Below, piece after piece: positions 28,929 through 38,237 of a stretch of DNA of 64,000 nucleotides. Positions within the stretch are counted from its first letter, which is position 1, and each line of letters opens with the position of its first letter. The notes under the pieces are model-generated. The model did no database searches. It saw only the letters and a program-made list of their open reading frames with translations, and was not told the DNA's origin. The position numbers and the translations under genes were made by a program. Source of the DNA: an uncultured Bacteroidales bacterium (GTDB lineage: Bacteria; Bacteroidota; Bacteroidia; Bacteroidales; G3-4614); NCBI GenBank assembly GCA_949297125.1, contig CASFRS010000027.1, forward strand, positions 76,465 through 140,464. The letters are read 5' to 3'.

Positions 28929-30689
28929 ATGAACAAGTTAATCCAAAGTTTAGGAATTGCCTTGCTTGCAGGCTCTCTCTTCTCTTGCGGTCCCAAGCAG
29001 GAGTTGCAGTTGTGGCAGATCGACATTGTGCAAGGCGACGAGAACGCCACTGAGGTTACCACGCTGGAGACGCTTACCGGTGAGCTTCAGTCGGCCCTGA
29101 GTTCCATAAACTCAGCACAGCACGCATACCAGTACGAGTTTACCAACTCGGTGGACGTATTTGCCGGGTATTTCACGGTAAACCGTTCCACGTTCCAGTA
29201 CGGAGGTCCTCTGCCCTTCACGTATTCGTGGCCTAACGACTATTACCCGTCGGCAGGCGGCATCGGCCCGACATCGTCCCTCTACCATGCATATACGCAG
29301 GCAAACGATTTCGGCAAGCCCGAGTACAAGGCCATCGCTCAGATAATATACGGTATGACCGCATTGAGGTCGGTAAACGTAAAGGGAGCGATATCCTACG
29401 TGGACAGCCGTAATTTGAAGGCTTCGCGCCCTCTCTCCTACCAGTCGCAGGAAGAGACCTATAACATGATACTTGCCGACCTCGACGAGGCGATAGCCAC
29501 ACTCGAGCAGGTTCAGCCCGATACCGAGAGCCTGCGTGCCATAGAGGGCGAGGGAATGCAGAACGGAACGGCAACCGACGCCTATTCGGCCTACAACTGG
29601 AAGAAGTGGGTACAGCTTGCCAATACCATAAAGCTCCGTCTTGCCATGTGCCTTGCAAAACCCAATCCTACCCTTGCGCAGCAGGTAGCTACCGAGGCTT
29701 TGAGCGGCAACGGGGTATTGGAAGAGGATTTCGGCGGTTCATGGTTGCAGGGGACCAACGTCCATCCGGCATATTCAATCTCCTCCACCAAGGAAGGGTG
29801 GGCCGACTGCCGTATGGGCGGTTCCATCGAGAATGCGATGAAGCGTCTCGGACACCCCCTTATAGGAGTATTCTTCACCACCAACTCCGGCCAGATAAAC
29901 GACAAGAGCTCGGGCGCAACGATGCTCGCAGCCGGTGTAGACTATGTAGGAATCCGTCAGGGCGTAACAATGGAGCCCAAATCGTCGGGTGTAGGTTACT
30001 ACAACTTCTCCGAGGTCAATACTCCGGTAAAATTCATACGCCAGACATGGGTTTGCAAGGAAGAGGTGCTCTTCCTCAAGGCCGAGGCGGCGCTTCGCTG
30101 GGGCATCGGCGGGAGCGCGCAGCAGAACTACGAGGACGGTATCCGTGCCGTATTCACCCGCTACGGGGCATCCGGCGTGGATGAATACCTTGCGCGTACC
30201 GAAATAGAGAGAATAAACGGTAAGAATATCGACTATGTAGATTATTATGTAAACAGCAACAGTTGCGCAGGGCGTATAGCGATAGGCGTCAAGTGGGACG
30301 ATAGCGAATCGGACGAGACCAAACTGGAGAAGATAATCACGCAGAAGTGGATTTCTATGTTCCCCAACGGAGGATACGAGGCCTGGACCGACTTCCGCCG
30401 TACAGGATACCCGCGTCTCATTCCGGTACCCGAAGCCAACAAGTGGACAGGAAACCCGACGTTCCCCGTTGAACTGCAGTTGCGCCGTATCCCTTACGAC
30501 GAATCGGACGAGAACGTGCTGATAGACATACCCAATATCGCGAGCGCCCTTACCGTATTCGGTATCCCCGGTGAAAACAGCGGCGGTATGCGTCTCTACT
30601 TTGAGGGCGATCCTTCAGAGTATCCCTGGACTTACGACGAAGACGAATCTGTTTATTCGTACGGATGGCCGATACCCAAGAATTTTTAA
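28929..30689 (+). CDS. susD: SusD/RagB-family nutrient-binding outer membrane lipoprotein
   Basis: 586 aa with a lipobox (LLAGSLFSC). It starts 28 nt after susC and has TPR-like helical composition typical of SusD homologues. Confidence 0.9.
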   Translation: MNKLIQSLGIALLAGSLFSCGPKQELQLWQIDIVQGDENATEVTTLETLTGELQSALSSINSAQHAYQYEFTNSVDVFAGYFTVNRSTFQYGGPLPFTYSWPNDYYPSAGGIGPTSSLYHAYTQANDFGKPEYKAIAQIIYGMTALRSVNVKGAISYVDSRNLKASRPLSYQSQEETYNMILADLDEAIATLEQVQPDTESLRAIEGEGMQNGTATDAYSAYNWKKWVQLANTIKLRLAMCLAKPNPTLAQQVATEALSGNGVLEEDFGGSWLQGTNVHPAYSISSTKEGWADCRMGGSIENAMKRLGHPLIGVFFTTNSGQINDKSSGATMLAAGVDYVGIRQGVTMEPKSSGVGYYNFSEVNTPVKFIRQTWVCKEEVLFLKAEAALRWGIGGSAQQNYEDGIRAVFTRYGASGVDEYLARTEIERINGKNIDYVDYYVNSNSCAGRIAIGVKWDDSESDETKLEKIITQKWISMFPNGGYEAWTDFRRTGYPRLIPVPEANKWTGNPTFPVELQLRRIPYDESDENVLIDIPNIASALTVFGIPGENSGGMRLYFEGDPSEYPWTYDEDESVYSYGWPIPKNF

Positions 30690-30711
30690 TCAAGTAAAAT
30701 ATTGAAGCATT

Positions 30712-33105
30712 ATGATAACGAGAAAATTTTTATTATCGGCGCTTACCGTACTTGCCGTAATCTTTACGCCCGGGTGTAAGGAGGAGGATGCGGAGTTCGT
30801 TTCGATGAACGTTGAGACGAAGAACATAAGTGTCGGCGAAGAGTTCCAGTTCTTCGTAACAGTTCAGTCCACCAGCAATTCCGTGTACGGTGGTGCAGTA
30901 AAATGGTCGGTAGACGATGAAAGCGTCGCATCGATCGACCAGACCGGTAAGGTATTAGGTAAGGCCGACGGCGAAACTACGGTAAAGGCGAGCCTCGACA
31001 ACGGGCGTTATGCCATAGCAAAACTCTATGTGGGCAACCGTTCCGTAACGGCCGATTCGGTATATATCGCACGCCAGAACATCTATATCAAGCAGGCGGC
31101 GACCGATACGGTAAACGTATGGATTTCGCCCAAGTTCTCCGACGTAACGTGTTTCCCCATAACGGCAGAACTGTTCCGTCTCAACGACGACGGTACCATA
31201 GGCGACCAGAACGGCATCAAGTCGAAATGTACGCTGTATGCATACAAGGATTACATGTTGGACCTCGATCCGGCATATGACGGTGGCGAACTGCCGGATG
31301 GTTTCACTACCGGAAAGGTTTACGTTATAGTGCTCGAGTCGGGCGATACCGACGAGAACCTTGCGTGCTCCGTATCGGTGGGCGACCTTACGCAGAACAT
31401 TGAAGTACATGTCGACTTTTCGCTCTACCTGTCGTTCAATACTATCGAACCGTCCAATCCCGGAAACAACCCCGGTTCCGAGAACAATATCGACATTACG
31501 ACAGAAGGCAGTGGCACGCTTACGTACAATTTCTACGTAGATGACGACAATGCAGGCGACCTGTCGTTCGCCAAGGTGAAGGAAGCCCTTCTCGACAAGT
31601 CCAACTACTCCGTTTCAGGTGTGGGCGTAACACTCGGAACTCCCGTAATCACCCCGGATACATACCAGGCAGGACAGTCGTACAGTCTCTCCATGGATAT
31701 TTCAGCCGGTAGCGTAGGCGGGAACGGAAACCTTGTAATAAGCGCATTCGGCAAGCAGCTCCTCTCTCACTTGAATGTTGACGACGGTTCTACCTACAAA
31801 GCGGTTTATATCTCGTTCACAAGGCCCAATACGTACACGATACCTCCTACGGAAATGACGTTGACCACATCGGTAACGGCCGACATGAGCGCGGATGCAA
31901 GCAACCCCAACAAGTTCAAGATAAGGGTATACCACTATATCGATCCCGATACCCGCGCCGCGTTCATCGACTGGAACATTGAGCAGAGCGGCGATCCCGT
32001 AATAATCCCGCTCGGGCGTCAGGTTTCGGCCGACAACCTCTATACAGAATTCGAGTATCAGGTAGGTACGTCGGCAGGTTCAGCTTCGGTTTCCTTCAGC
32101 GTTTACAACCCGCAGGGCGAGCAGGGAGGAACCTATGCAGAGTACCTGAACCAGACGATTACGGCATCGGTAACAATCCAGGACAAGGCGTCCATTCCCG
32201 TAAGCTCGGTAACGTTCAACCCCGACAATATCGAGACTAATGCAGCTACCGTACCTCTGGAAGCTGTCATGGACCCTGCAACCTCGGCAACCGCATGGCC
32301 GATAACCTACACCGTAACCGAAGGTGCCGACCTTGCCGAGGCTGTAGCCAACAAGGACGATGACGGCAACATAACTTCGTGGCAGTTGAATGTCAAGAAG
32401 GCCGGTACGATAAAGGTTAAGGCACAGGCCGGCGAAGGAGACAAGGAGAAGAGCGACGAGCTTACCGTTGTCGCCAAGTTGAGGCTCGACCAGGTTATGA
32501 TAAGCCAGGGAAGGTCCCCGCTGGAGATAACCACCGCCCCCTCTTCCCTCTATGTAGGCGAAGAAGGCACGGTAACCAAGCTGTTGCATGCGAACTATAC
32601 GGTAGACGAGAGCGAGTTTTCGTGGCGCTCGTCCCGCCCCGATATCCTTTCGGTGGATGCAAACGGTAAAGTAACGGCGCTTGCCGAAGGTACGGCGGCG
32701 GTTATAGTTGAAATCAAGGACGACTATAACACGTATGCTTCCGACCAGCGCGAGATAACAGTACGTACTCTCTCTATCGATGCCGATATCAGCGCTCTGC
32801 CTTCCGACTACTATGTGGTTTACTTCGCAGGCGACCCGATCTTCTTCGTCGATACGGAAGCAGGTTCGTCCGACTACTATACCTTCTCTCTTGATACGGA
32901 GATTCTTACGGCGGACGGTACCTACACTGCCGGCACGGACTTCAGCGGAACCGTTACCTTCCCGGTTAGCGCAGGTTCTACCGAGTGCGAGATAACCGGC
33001 GGTACAATCCAGGTTTCCGGTGGCGTGGCGACGTTCAACCTCACGGTATCTTACGAAGGCGCTACGGGTACGATAACCGGAAGCAAGCAGATACTGGCTC
33101 TGTAA
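30712..33105 (+). CDS. Surface lipoprotein with bacterial Ig-like (Big_2) domains; candidate surface glycan/ligand-binding protein
   Basis: 797 aa with a lipobox (IFTPGC). Big_2-type segments occur at the N-terminus (..KWSVDDESVASIDQTGKVLGKADGETTVKA..) and near the C-terminus (..SSRPDILSVDANGKVTALAEGTAAVIVEI..). It is the third gene of the susCD operon. Confidence 0.75.
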   Translation: MITRKFLLSALTVLAVIFTPGCKEEDAEFVSMNVETKNISVGEEFQFFVTVQSTSNSVYGGAVKWSVDDESVASIDQTGKVLGKADGETTVKASLDNGRYAIAKLYVGNRSVTADSVYIARQNIYIKQAATDTVNVWISPKFSDVTCFPITAELFRLNDDGTIGDQNGIKSKCTLYAYKDYMLDLDPAYDGGELPDGFTTGKVYVIVLESGDTDENLACSVSVGDLTQNIEVHVDFSLYLSFNTIEPSNPGNNPGSENNIDITTEGSGTLTYNFYVDDDNAGDLSFAKVKEALLDKSNYSVSGVGVTLGTPVITPDTYQAGQSYSLSMDISAGSVGGNGNLVISAFGKQLLSHLNVDDGSTYKAVYISFTRPNTYTIPPTEMTLTTSVTADMSADASNPNKFKIRVYHYIDPDTRAAFIDWNIEQSGDPVIIPLGRQVSADNLYTEFEYQVGTSAGSASVSFSVYNPQGEQGGTYAEYLNQTITASVTIQDKASIPVSSVTFNPDNIETNAATVPLEAVMDPATSATAWPITYTVTEGADLAEAVANKDDDGNITSWQLNVKKAGTIKVKAQAGEGDKEKSDELTVVAKLRLDQVMISQGRSPLEITTAPSSLYVGEEGTVTKLLHANYTVDESEFSWRSSRPDILSVDANGKVTALAEGTAAVIVEIKDDYNTYASDQREITVRTLSIDADISALPSDYYVVYFAGDPIFFVDTEAGSSDYYTFSLDTEILTADGTYTAGTDFSGTVTFPVSAGSTECEITGGTIQVSGGVATFNLTVSYEGATGTITGSKQILAL

Positions 33106-33156
33106 CGGAAGTACAACGCAGATAATACGGCGGCTGCGGCTGCCGGACAGATAACG

Positions 33157-33198
33157 GGCTGCGGCGGAACGGAAGTTTCCGCCGCAGCCTCTTTTTTC
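33157..33198 (+). terminator. Rho-independent terminator of the susC-susD-Big_2 operon
   Basis: GGCTGCGGCGGAA (33157-33169) pairs with TTCCGCCGCAGCC (33177-33189) across a 7-nt loop. CTCTTTTTTC follows. Confidence 0.8.
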
Positions 33199-33375
33199 GC
33201 CCTCTGCCCTTTGCTGCCGGATGCTCCGCCATACCGCCGTGAAGTCGCAACGGGGGGGGGCGAACGGCGTCCGCGGCTTTGGCAATTGGGTAGTGGCGGC
33301 GCGCCCCCGGTGCGCCATGGGTGCGCTTTTTTTGCCGCGCAGGGCGCAACATGCTGTTTATTCATCCTTTTTTTG

Positions 33376-33383
33376 TAAGTTTG
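33376..33383 (+). promoter_or_regulatory. Bacteroidota -7 promoter box (TAAGTTTG) for ruvX-def
   Basis: TAnnTTTG match ending 9 nt before ATG 33393, which implies a near-leaderless mRNA. Confidence 0.5.
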
Positions 33384-33392
33384 CCTTCTGTT

Positions 33393-33824
33393 ATGGGAAG
33401 AATTCTGTCGATAGACTACGGGGCCAGGCGTACCGGGCTGGCTGTTACGGACCTTCTCCGTATCTCGGCAAACCCGCTCGGTACGGTAGAGACCTCTTCG
33501 TTGGCGGACTACCTTGCAGCCTACTTTTCGGCCGAACCTGTCGACGAGGTTGTGATAGGCGCGCCGCGCAGGAATGACAATACCCCGTCGGAGAATATGG
33601 CGCGTGTGGAGAAGTTCGTCCGCAGTTTCCGTACCCGTTTCCCCGATATTCCCATAGTGGAGTACGACGAACGCTATACGTCGGTCCTTGCGCACCGGGC
33701 CATGATAGACGGCGGGGTAAGGAAAGCGGCGCGCAGGGACAAGGCGCTTGTCGACAAGGTGAGCGCAGTTATCCTGTTACAGGACTATTTGGACAGCAGA
33801 CAATACAAAAACAGTAATATATGA
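33393..33824 (+). CDS. ruvX: Holliday junction resolvase-like protein RuvX (YqgF)
   Basis: Internal ATG start (MGRILSIDYGARRTGLAVTD..), which is the YqgF signature N-terminus. ATGA overlap with def. Confidence 0.9.
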   Translation: MGRILSIDYGARRTGLAVTDLLRISANPLGTVETSSLADYLAAYFSAEPVDEVVIGAPRRNDNTPSENMARVEKFVRSFRTRFPDIPIVEYDERYTSVLAHRAMIDGGVRKAARRDKALVDKVSAVILLQDYLDSRQYKNSNI

Positions 33825-34375
33825 TTCTGCCTATATATTTGTACGGTACATCCGTTTTGCGCAAGAAGGCCGAGGATATAACCCCGGACTATCCCGGTTT
33901 GACCGGACTGGTGGAGAGTATGTACGAGACCCTCAAACGCTCGGAGGGGATAGGTCTCGCGGCCCCGCAGGTGGGGCTGCCCGTCCGCCTGCTGGTTCTC
34001 GACCTCGACCCTCTGGCCGATATCTATCCGCAGTATGCGGGGCTCCGGAAGACTATGATAAACGCCCGTATCGAGGAGACGGACGGCCCGTCGGTGTCGC
34101 GCGAGGAGGGGTGTCTGAGCCTCCCGGGGATACACGAGCCGGTATCGCGCAAGGAGAAGATAAAGGTAACGTACTGCGACGGGAACTTCGTACAGCATAC
34201 CGAGTGGTTCGACGGGTATATGGCCCGCGTCATACAGCACGAGTACGACCATCTGGAGGGGCAGCTCTTCATCGACCATTTGTCGCCTATCCGCAAGCAG
34301 TTGATAAAGTCGAAGCTGAATGCAATTTTAAAGGGGAAGGTCTCCTGCGATTACAAGGTAAAAGGGGTAAAGTAG
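33821..34375 (+). CDS. def: Peptide deformylase
   Basis: 184 aa with motifs GIGLAAPQ, EGCLS and HEYDHL. Confidence 0.95.
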   Translation: MILPIYLYGTSVLRKKAEDITPDYPGLTGLVESMYETLKRSEGIGLAAPQVGLPVRLLVLDLDPLADIYPQYAGLRKTMINARIEETDGPSVSREEGCLSLPGIHEPVSRKEKIKVTYCDGNFVQHTEWFDGYMARVIQHEYDHLEGQLFIDHLSPIRKQLIKSKLNAILKGKVSCDYKVKGVK

Positions 34376-34533
34376 CGTATCCCCCGTCCCGCGGCGGGGG
34401 CATGGCCGTTTATCTCCTTCAAGGTTTCACCAGCTTCATCAGGGGCTTGCACGTACCTTTCCGGCAGAGTGGCCGCAACACGGCGGCGCGCAGGGGTTGC
34501 CGGAGTCTTGTACACCGGCGTACGTTAAAAACC

Positions 34534-34570
34534 GGCGACGCCTGCATCCGACAGGGGTGCAGGCGTCGCC
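34534..34570. terminator. Bidirectional rho-independent terminator (convergent def and ftsH-cdsA units)
   Basis: GGCGACGCCTGCA (34534-34546) pairs with TGCAGGCGTCGCC (34558-34570). AAAAA lies on the left and TTTGTATTT on the right. It is 26 nt beyond the cdsA stop. Confidence 0.7.
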
Positions 34571-34595
34571 TTTGTATTTCCGCGCATGGCTGCCG

Positions 34596-35459
34596 TTACG
34601 CCATTTCCAGAAGGGTGAGATAGATGAATGCTGCCGGGGCGGCAATGAATATGCTGTCGAAGCGGTCCATCATGCCGCCGTGTCCCGGGAGTATGTTCCC
34701 CGAATCCTTGACGCCGTGGTTCCTTTTCAGCAGCGATTCCGTAAGGTCGCCGAACGTGGCGGCCACGGTAACGGTAAGTGCGAGTCCCAGCCATTGGCCG
34801 AGCGTCAGGGTCCTGTACCCTATCGACGCGAACCAGAAGAAGATTCCTGCCGAGGCGGCCAGGGCAAAGGCCATGCCGCCGAATACCCCTTCCCACGACT
34901 TTTTGGGCGATATGCGCGGGAAGAGCCTGTGCTTGCCCATTGTGCTGCCCGTAACGTACGCGCCGGTATCGTATATCCATATCATGATAAAGAACGCCAG
35001 CAGGACGTAAGGCGAGTACGACACGGCTGCAGCCATGCCCGGGTATGCTGCAATATGGCCAAGCAGCCCGCCGGGGACGGCTATGTAGATGTGTCCGGCA
35101 AGGAACCTGGCGTTGTCGGTAAAGGGGCTCTGGCTGCGGCTGTAAAGCCCCGAAATGAACACGATGCATACGTATGCCAGGTAGGGCAGCATGGCCGGTA
35201 CGGCCGCATTTTCCGTCCCGAACGGCTTGAAGGCGCATGCCCACAGGGCGGATGTAACGTATATCCCGGCCGCGATATGTGCCGCATACGCGGCCGCGGA
35301 GAGTTTTCCGTCGAATATTATCCTGTAGAACTCGAAGAGGGCTACGCCCGTTATTACTGCCGACAACGCCCAAAGCGATACGGGGCTTGCCATTATGCAC
35401 CATACTACTGCAACTATGAAGACTATTCCCGTTACAGTGCGTGTTATCAGATTCTTCAT
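34596..35459 (-). CDS. cdsA: Phosphatidate cytidylyltransferase
   Basis: 287 aa, polytopic membrane protein with the C-terminal CdsA signature region (..SLLKRNHGVKDSGNILPGHGGMMDRFDS..). Confidence 0.9.
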   Translation of the reverse strand: MKNLITRTVTGIVFIVAVVWCIMASPVSLWALSAVITGVALFEFYRIIFDGKLSAAAYAAHIAAGIYVTSALWACAFKPFGTENAAVPAMLPYLAYVCIVFISGLYSRSQSPFTDNARFLAGHIYIAVPGGLLGHIAAYPGMAAAVSYSPYVLLAFFIMIWIYDTGAYVTGSTMGKHRLFPRISPKKSWEGVFGGMAFALAASAGIFFWFASIGYRTLTLGQWLGLALTVTVAATFGDLTESLLKRNHGVKDSGNILPGHGGMMDRFDSIFIAAPAAFIYLTLLEMA

Positions 35460-35479
35460 CGTGTCTCTGTGCCTTGCGT

Positions 35480-37618
35480 TTAGTTTGTATTCCTGTTACT
35501 TGCGGGGTGTGCATCCGGCTGCTCCGCGTCCTGATTCCTGTCGGGGACCGCTGGCGCGGCCTCTGCGGCACCTGCCCCTTCACGCCCGTCGGGGGGTGTG
35601 CCGGGGCGCTCCTTTTTCCCCTCCTCTTCCGGCGTGCCGTTCCGTGCGGCGTCATCCCCATCCTTTTCCGCCGTCCCGACGGCATTCCGCCTGGCGTTCT
35701 CCTCTTCGGCCTGCATTATTTCGTCCGTGCGGGAACTCCATTGCCGTTTGCCGAATATCTTTTCCACATCCTCGGTAAATATCACTTCGCGCTCGAGGAG
35801 TATTTCCGTAAGGGCGTGATGCCCGTCGGCATGTTCCCGGAGCATTGTCCTGGCGCGTTCGTACTGTTCGGCAATAAGGCGTGCCACTTCCTTGTCTATC
35901 ATCCTTGCCGTCTCTTCGCTGTACGGTTTGGTGAAACCGTACGACTGGCCCGAAGAGTCATAGTACGATATGTTGGGCATTTCGGGGCTCATGCCGAAGT
36001 ACGCCACAATTGCGTATGCCTGTTTGGTAACGCGTTCCAGGTCGTTTGCCGCCCCGGTCGATATGCTTCCTATGAACACCTCTTCGGCAGCCCTTCCCCC
36101 GAGCGTGGCGCACATCTCGTCGAGCATCTGCTCCCTTGTGGTTATTTTCCGCTCTTCGGGCAGATACCATGCTGCGCCGAGGGCTTTCCCGCGCGGGACT
36201 ATGGTTATCTTCACCAGCGGGTTGGCGTATTGCAGGAACCAACTCAACGTGGCGTGCCCCGCCTCGTGTATGGCTATGGAGCGTTTCTCCTCGACGGTGG
36301 TTATCCTGCTGCGCTTTTCAAGCCCGCCCACAATCCTGTCGACGGCATCCATGAAATCCTGCTTGTCCACGCATTCCTTGTTCCTGCGGGCGGCGATAAG
36401 GGCAGCTTCGTTGCAGACGTTGGCTATGTCAGCCCCGGAGAATCCGGGTGTCTGGCGCGCCAGCAGGTCGATGCTCACGCTGCTGTCCATTTTTATGTTC
36501 CTCAGGTGTACGGCGAAAATGGCCTTCCTGTCGTTCAGCTCGGGTAGTTCTATGTATATCTGCCTGTCGAAACGGCCTGCACGCAGCAGGGCCTTGTCGA
36601 GAATATCCGCCCGGTTCGTCGCGGCAAGTATTATCACGCCGCTGTTTGAACCGAATCCGTCCATTTCGGTAAGCAGCTGGTTGAGGGTGTTCTCGCGCTC
36701 CTCGTTCGAGCCCATCCCTATGTTCTTGCCCCTTGCGCGCCCTACGGCATCTATCTCGTCTATGAACACTATGCAGGGGGCTTTCTCCTTGGCCTGCCTG
36801 AAAAGGTCCCTTACGCGCGATGCCCCTACGCCCACGAACATCTCTACGAAGTCCGAACCCGAAAGCGAAAAGAACGGGACGTTGGCTTCGCCCGCCACAG
36901 CCTTTGCAAGCAGCGTCTTGCCGGTACCCGGAGGCCCTACGAGGAGCGCCCCTTTAGGTATCTTCCCGCCCAGTACGGTGTATTTGCCCGGGTTCTTGAG
37001 GAACTCCACAATCTCCTCCACTTCCTGTTTGGCTTCCGACAGGCCGGCGACATCCTTGAACGTTACCTTCACGGGGCCCTCCTTGTCGAAGAGCTGGGCT
37101 TTCGACTTCCCTACGTTGAATACGCCCCCGCCGCCGCTTCCGGCCGACATCCGGCGCATCATGAAGAACCAGAAGGCAAGAAGCAGTATGATAGGGCCGA
37201 ATGCCCACAGCATATCGGAAAAGTCGCTGCTCTTTTCGTATTTTACCGGTGCGGAGAAACCATGTTTCTCGCGCCATTCGGCCGATACCTTGTCGAACTG
37301 GTCGGCCGACGGGATGTTCACACTGACGCCGGGTTCCTTCCCCAACTGGTCTGCCGGGCGGTTGAATACGCCGGCCGCAGCGCTGTCGGTAAGTTGTGCG
37401 TACAGCCTGTCCTTGTTGCTGTAAACGGTAACCTTTTCCACCCCTCCCTCTTCGGCTATCTTGCAGAACTCCGTCCACGGAATCTCTTTCGAGGCCGACT
37501 CGCCGTTCATGGTATACAGCCATATCAGGGCGATGGCTATCGCCAGGTATATCCACCCTATGTTCTTTATTATCTGCCCGGGTTTTTTGTTCTTGTTTAC
37601 GGGTTTTTTGTTTTCCAT
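35480..37618 (-). CDS. ftsH: ATP-dependent zinc metalloprotease FtsH
   Basis: 712 aa. Two TM helices, Walker A GPPGTGKTLLAKA, the SRH region, zinc motif HEAGHA, and an acidic/Pro/Ala-rich low-complexity tail of about 70 aa. Confidence 0.97.
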   Translation of the reverse strand: MENKKPVNKNKKPGQIIKNIGWIYLAIAIALIWLYTMNGESASKEIPWTEFCKIAEEGGVEKVTVYSNKDRLYAQLTDSAAAGVFNRPADQLGKEPGVSVNIPSADQFDKVSAEWREKHGFSAPVKYEKSSDFSDMLWAFGPIILLLAFWFFMMRRMSAGSGGGGVFNVGKSKAQLFDKEGPVKVTFKDVAGLSEAKQEVEEIVEFLKNPGKYTVLGGKIPKGALLVGPPGTGKTLLAKAVAGEANVPFFSLSGSDFVEMFVGVGASRVRDLFRQAKEKAPCIVFIDEIDAVGRARGKNIGMGSNEERENTLNQLLTEMDGFGSNSGVIILAATNRADILDKALLRAGRFDRQIYIELPELNDRKAIFAVHLRNIKMDSSVSIDLLARQTPGFSGADIANVCNEAALIAARRNKECVDKQDFMDAVDRIVGGLEKRSRITTVEEKRSIAIHEAGHATLSWFLQYANPLVKITIVPRGKALGAAWYLPEERKITTREQMLDEMCATLGGRAAEEVFIGSISTGAANDLERVTKQAYAIVAYFGMSPEMPNISYYDSSGQSYGFTKPYSEETARMIDKEVARLIAEQYERARTMLREHADGHHALTEILLEREVIFTEDVEKIFGKRQWSSRTDEIMQAEEENARRNAVGTAEKDGDDAARNGTPEEEGKKERPGTPPDGREGAGAAEAAPAVPDRNQDAEQPDAHPASNRNTN

Positions 37619-37642
37619 GTCTCCTGTTTGAAAAAGTTAGAA

Positions 37643-38005
37643 TTAGTCCTCGTCGGGAATATGCGTGAATTCCGCATCGTTCCAGAGCTGTTCCAGCTTG
37701 TAGTGGTTTCTCGCTTCGGGGAGGAACACGTGGACGAAGAGTTCGCCGTAATCGATGACAATCCACTGCGAGTTCCTGTATCCGTCGTATGCGTACGGTT
37801 TCGTGCCTGTCTCCGCCAGGAGCCGTTCCCTGATATTGTCGGCAATGGCTGCAACCTGTGTCGTGGATTTTGCGCTGCAAATGACGAATTTGCCGACGGA
37901 CGCGCTCTCTATCGCCGACAGGTCGGCTACGGCTATGCCCGTCCCCTTCTTTTCCCTGATGCTCTCTATTACTGTCTCTACCAGATTGTCCCGAAGTCCT
38001 TTCAT
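37643..38005 (-). CDS. rsfS: Ribosome silencing factor RsfS
   Basis: 120 aa from the internal ATG (MKGLRDNLVETVIESIREKKG..). Motifs ..FVICSAKSTTQV.. and ..WIVIDYGELFVHVF.. are typical of RsfS/iojap. The N-terminal extension in the track is spurious. Confidence 0.9.
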   Translation of the reverse strand: MKGLRDNLVETVIESIREKKGTGIAVADLSAIESASVGKFVICSAKSTTQVAAIADNIRERLLAETGTKPYAYDGYRNSQWIVIDYGELFVHVFLPEARNHYKLEQLWNDAEFTHIPDED

Positions 38006-38237
38006 CTGTTGTCCGTAATGCAAAACGCGGAGAACCTGCGGGTTGTTCTGCCACCGGTACTGCCGCCGGATGGCGGCACTCCGCACATGATACAATACGC
38101 AAATATAAGATGAAATACTTAAACGGGATTCATCCCGCCCTCTATTTAAATGCAAATTTCCAAAAAAAGCGTAAAGCCGTACCGTTTGGCAAATAGGGGG
38201 GATATTATTAATTTCGCGGCGATAACATTTTGGAAAT

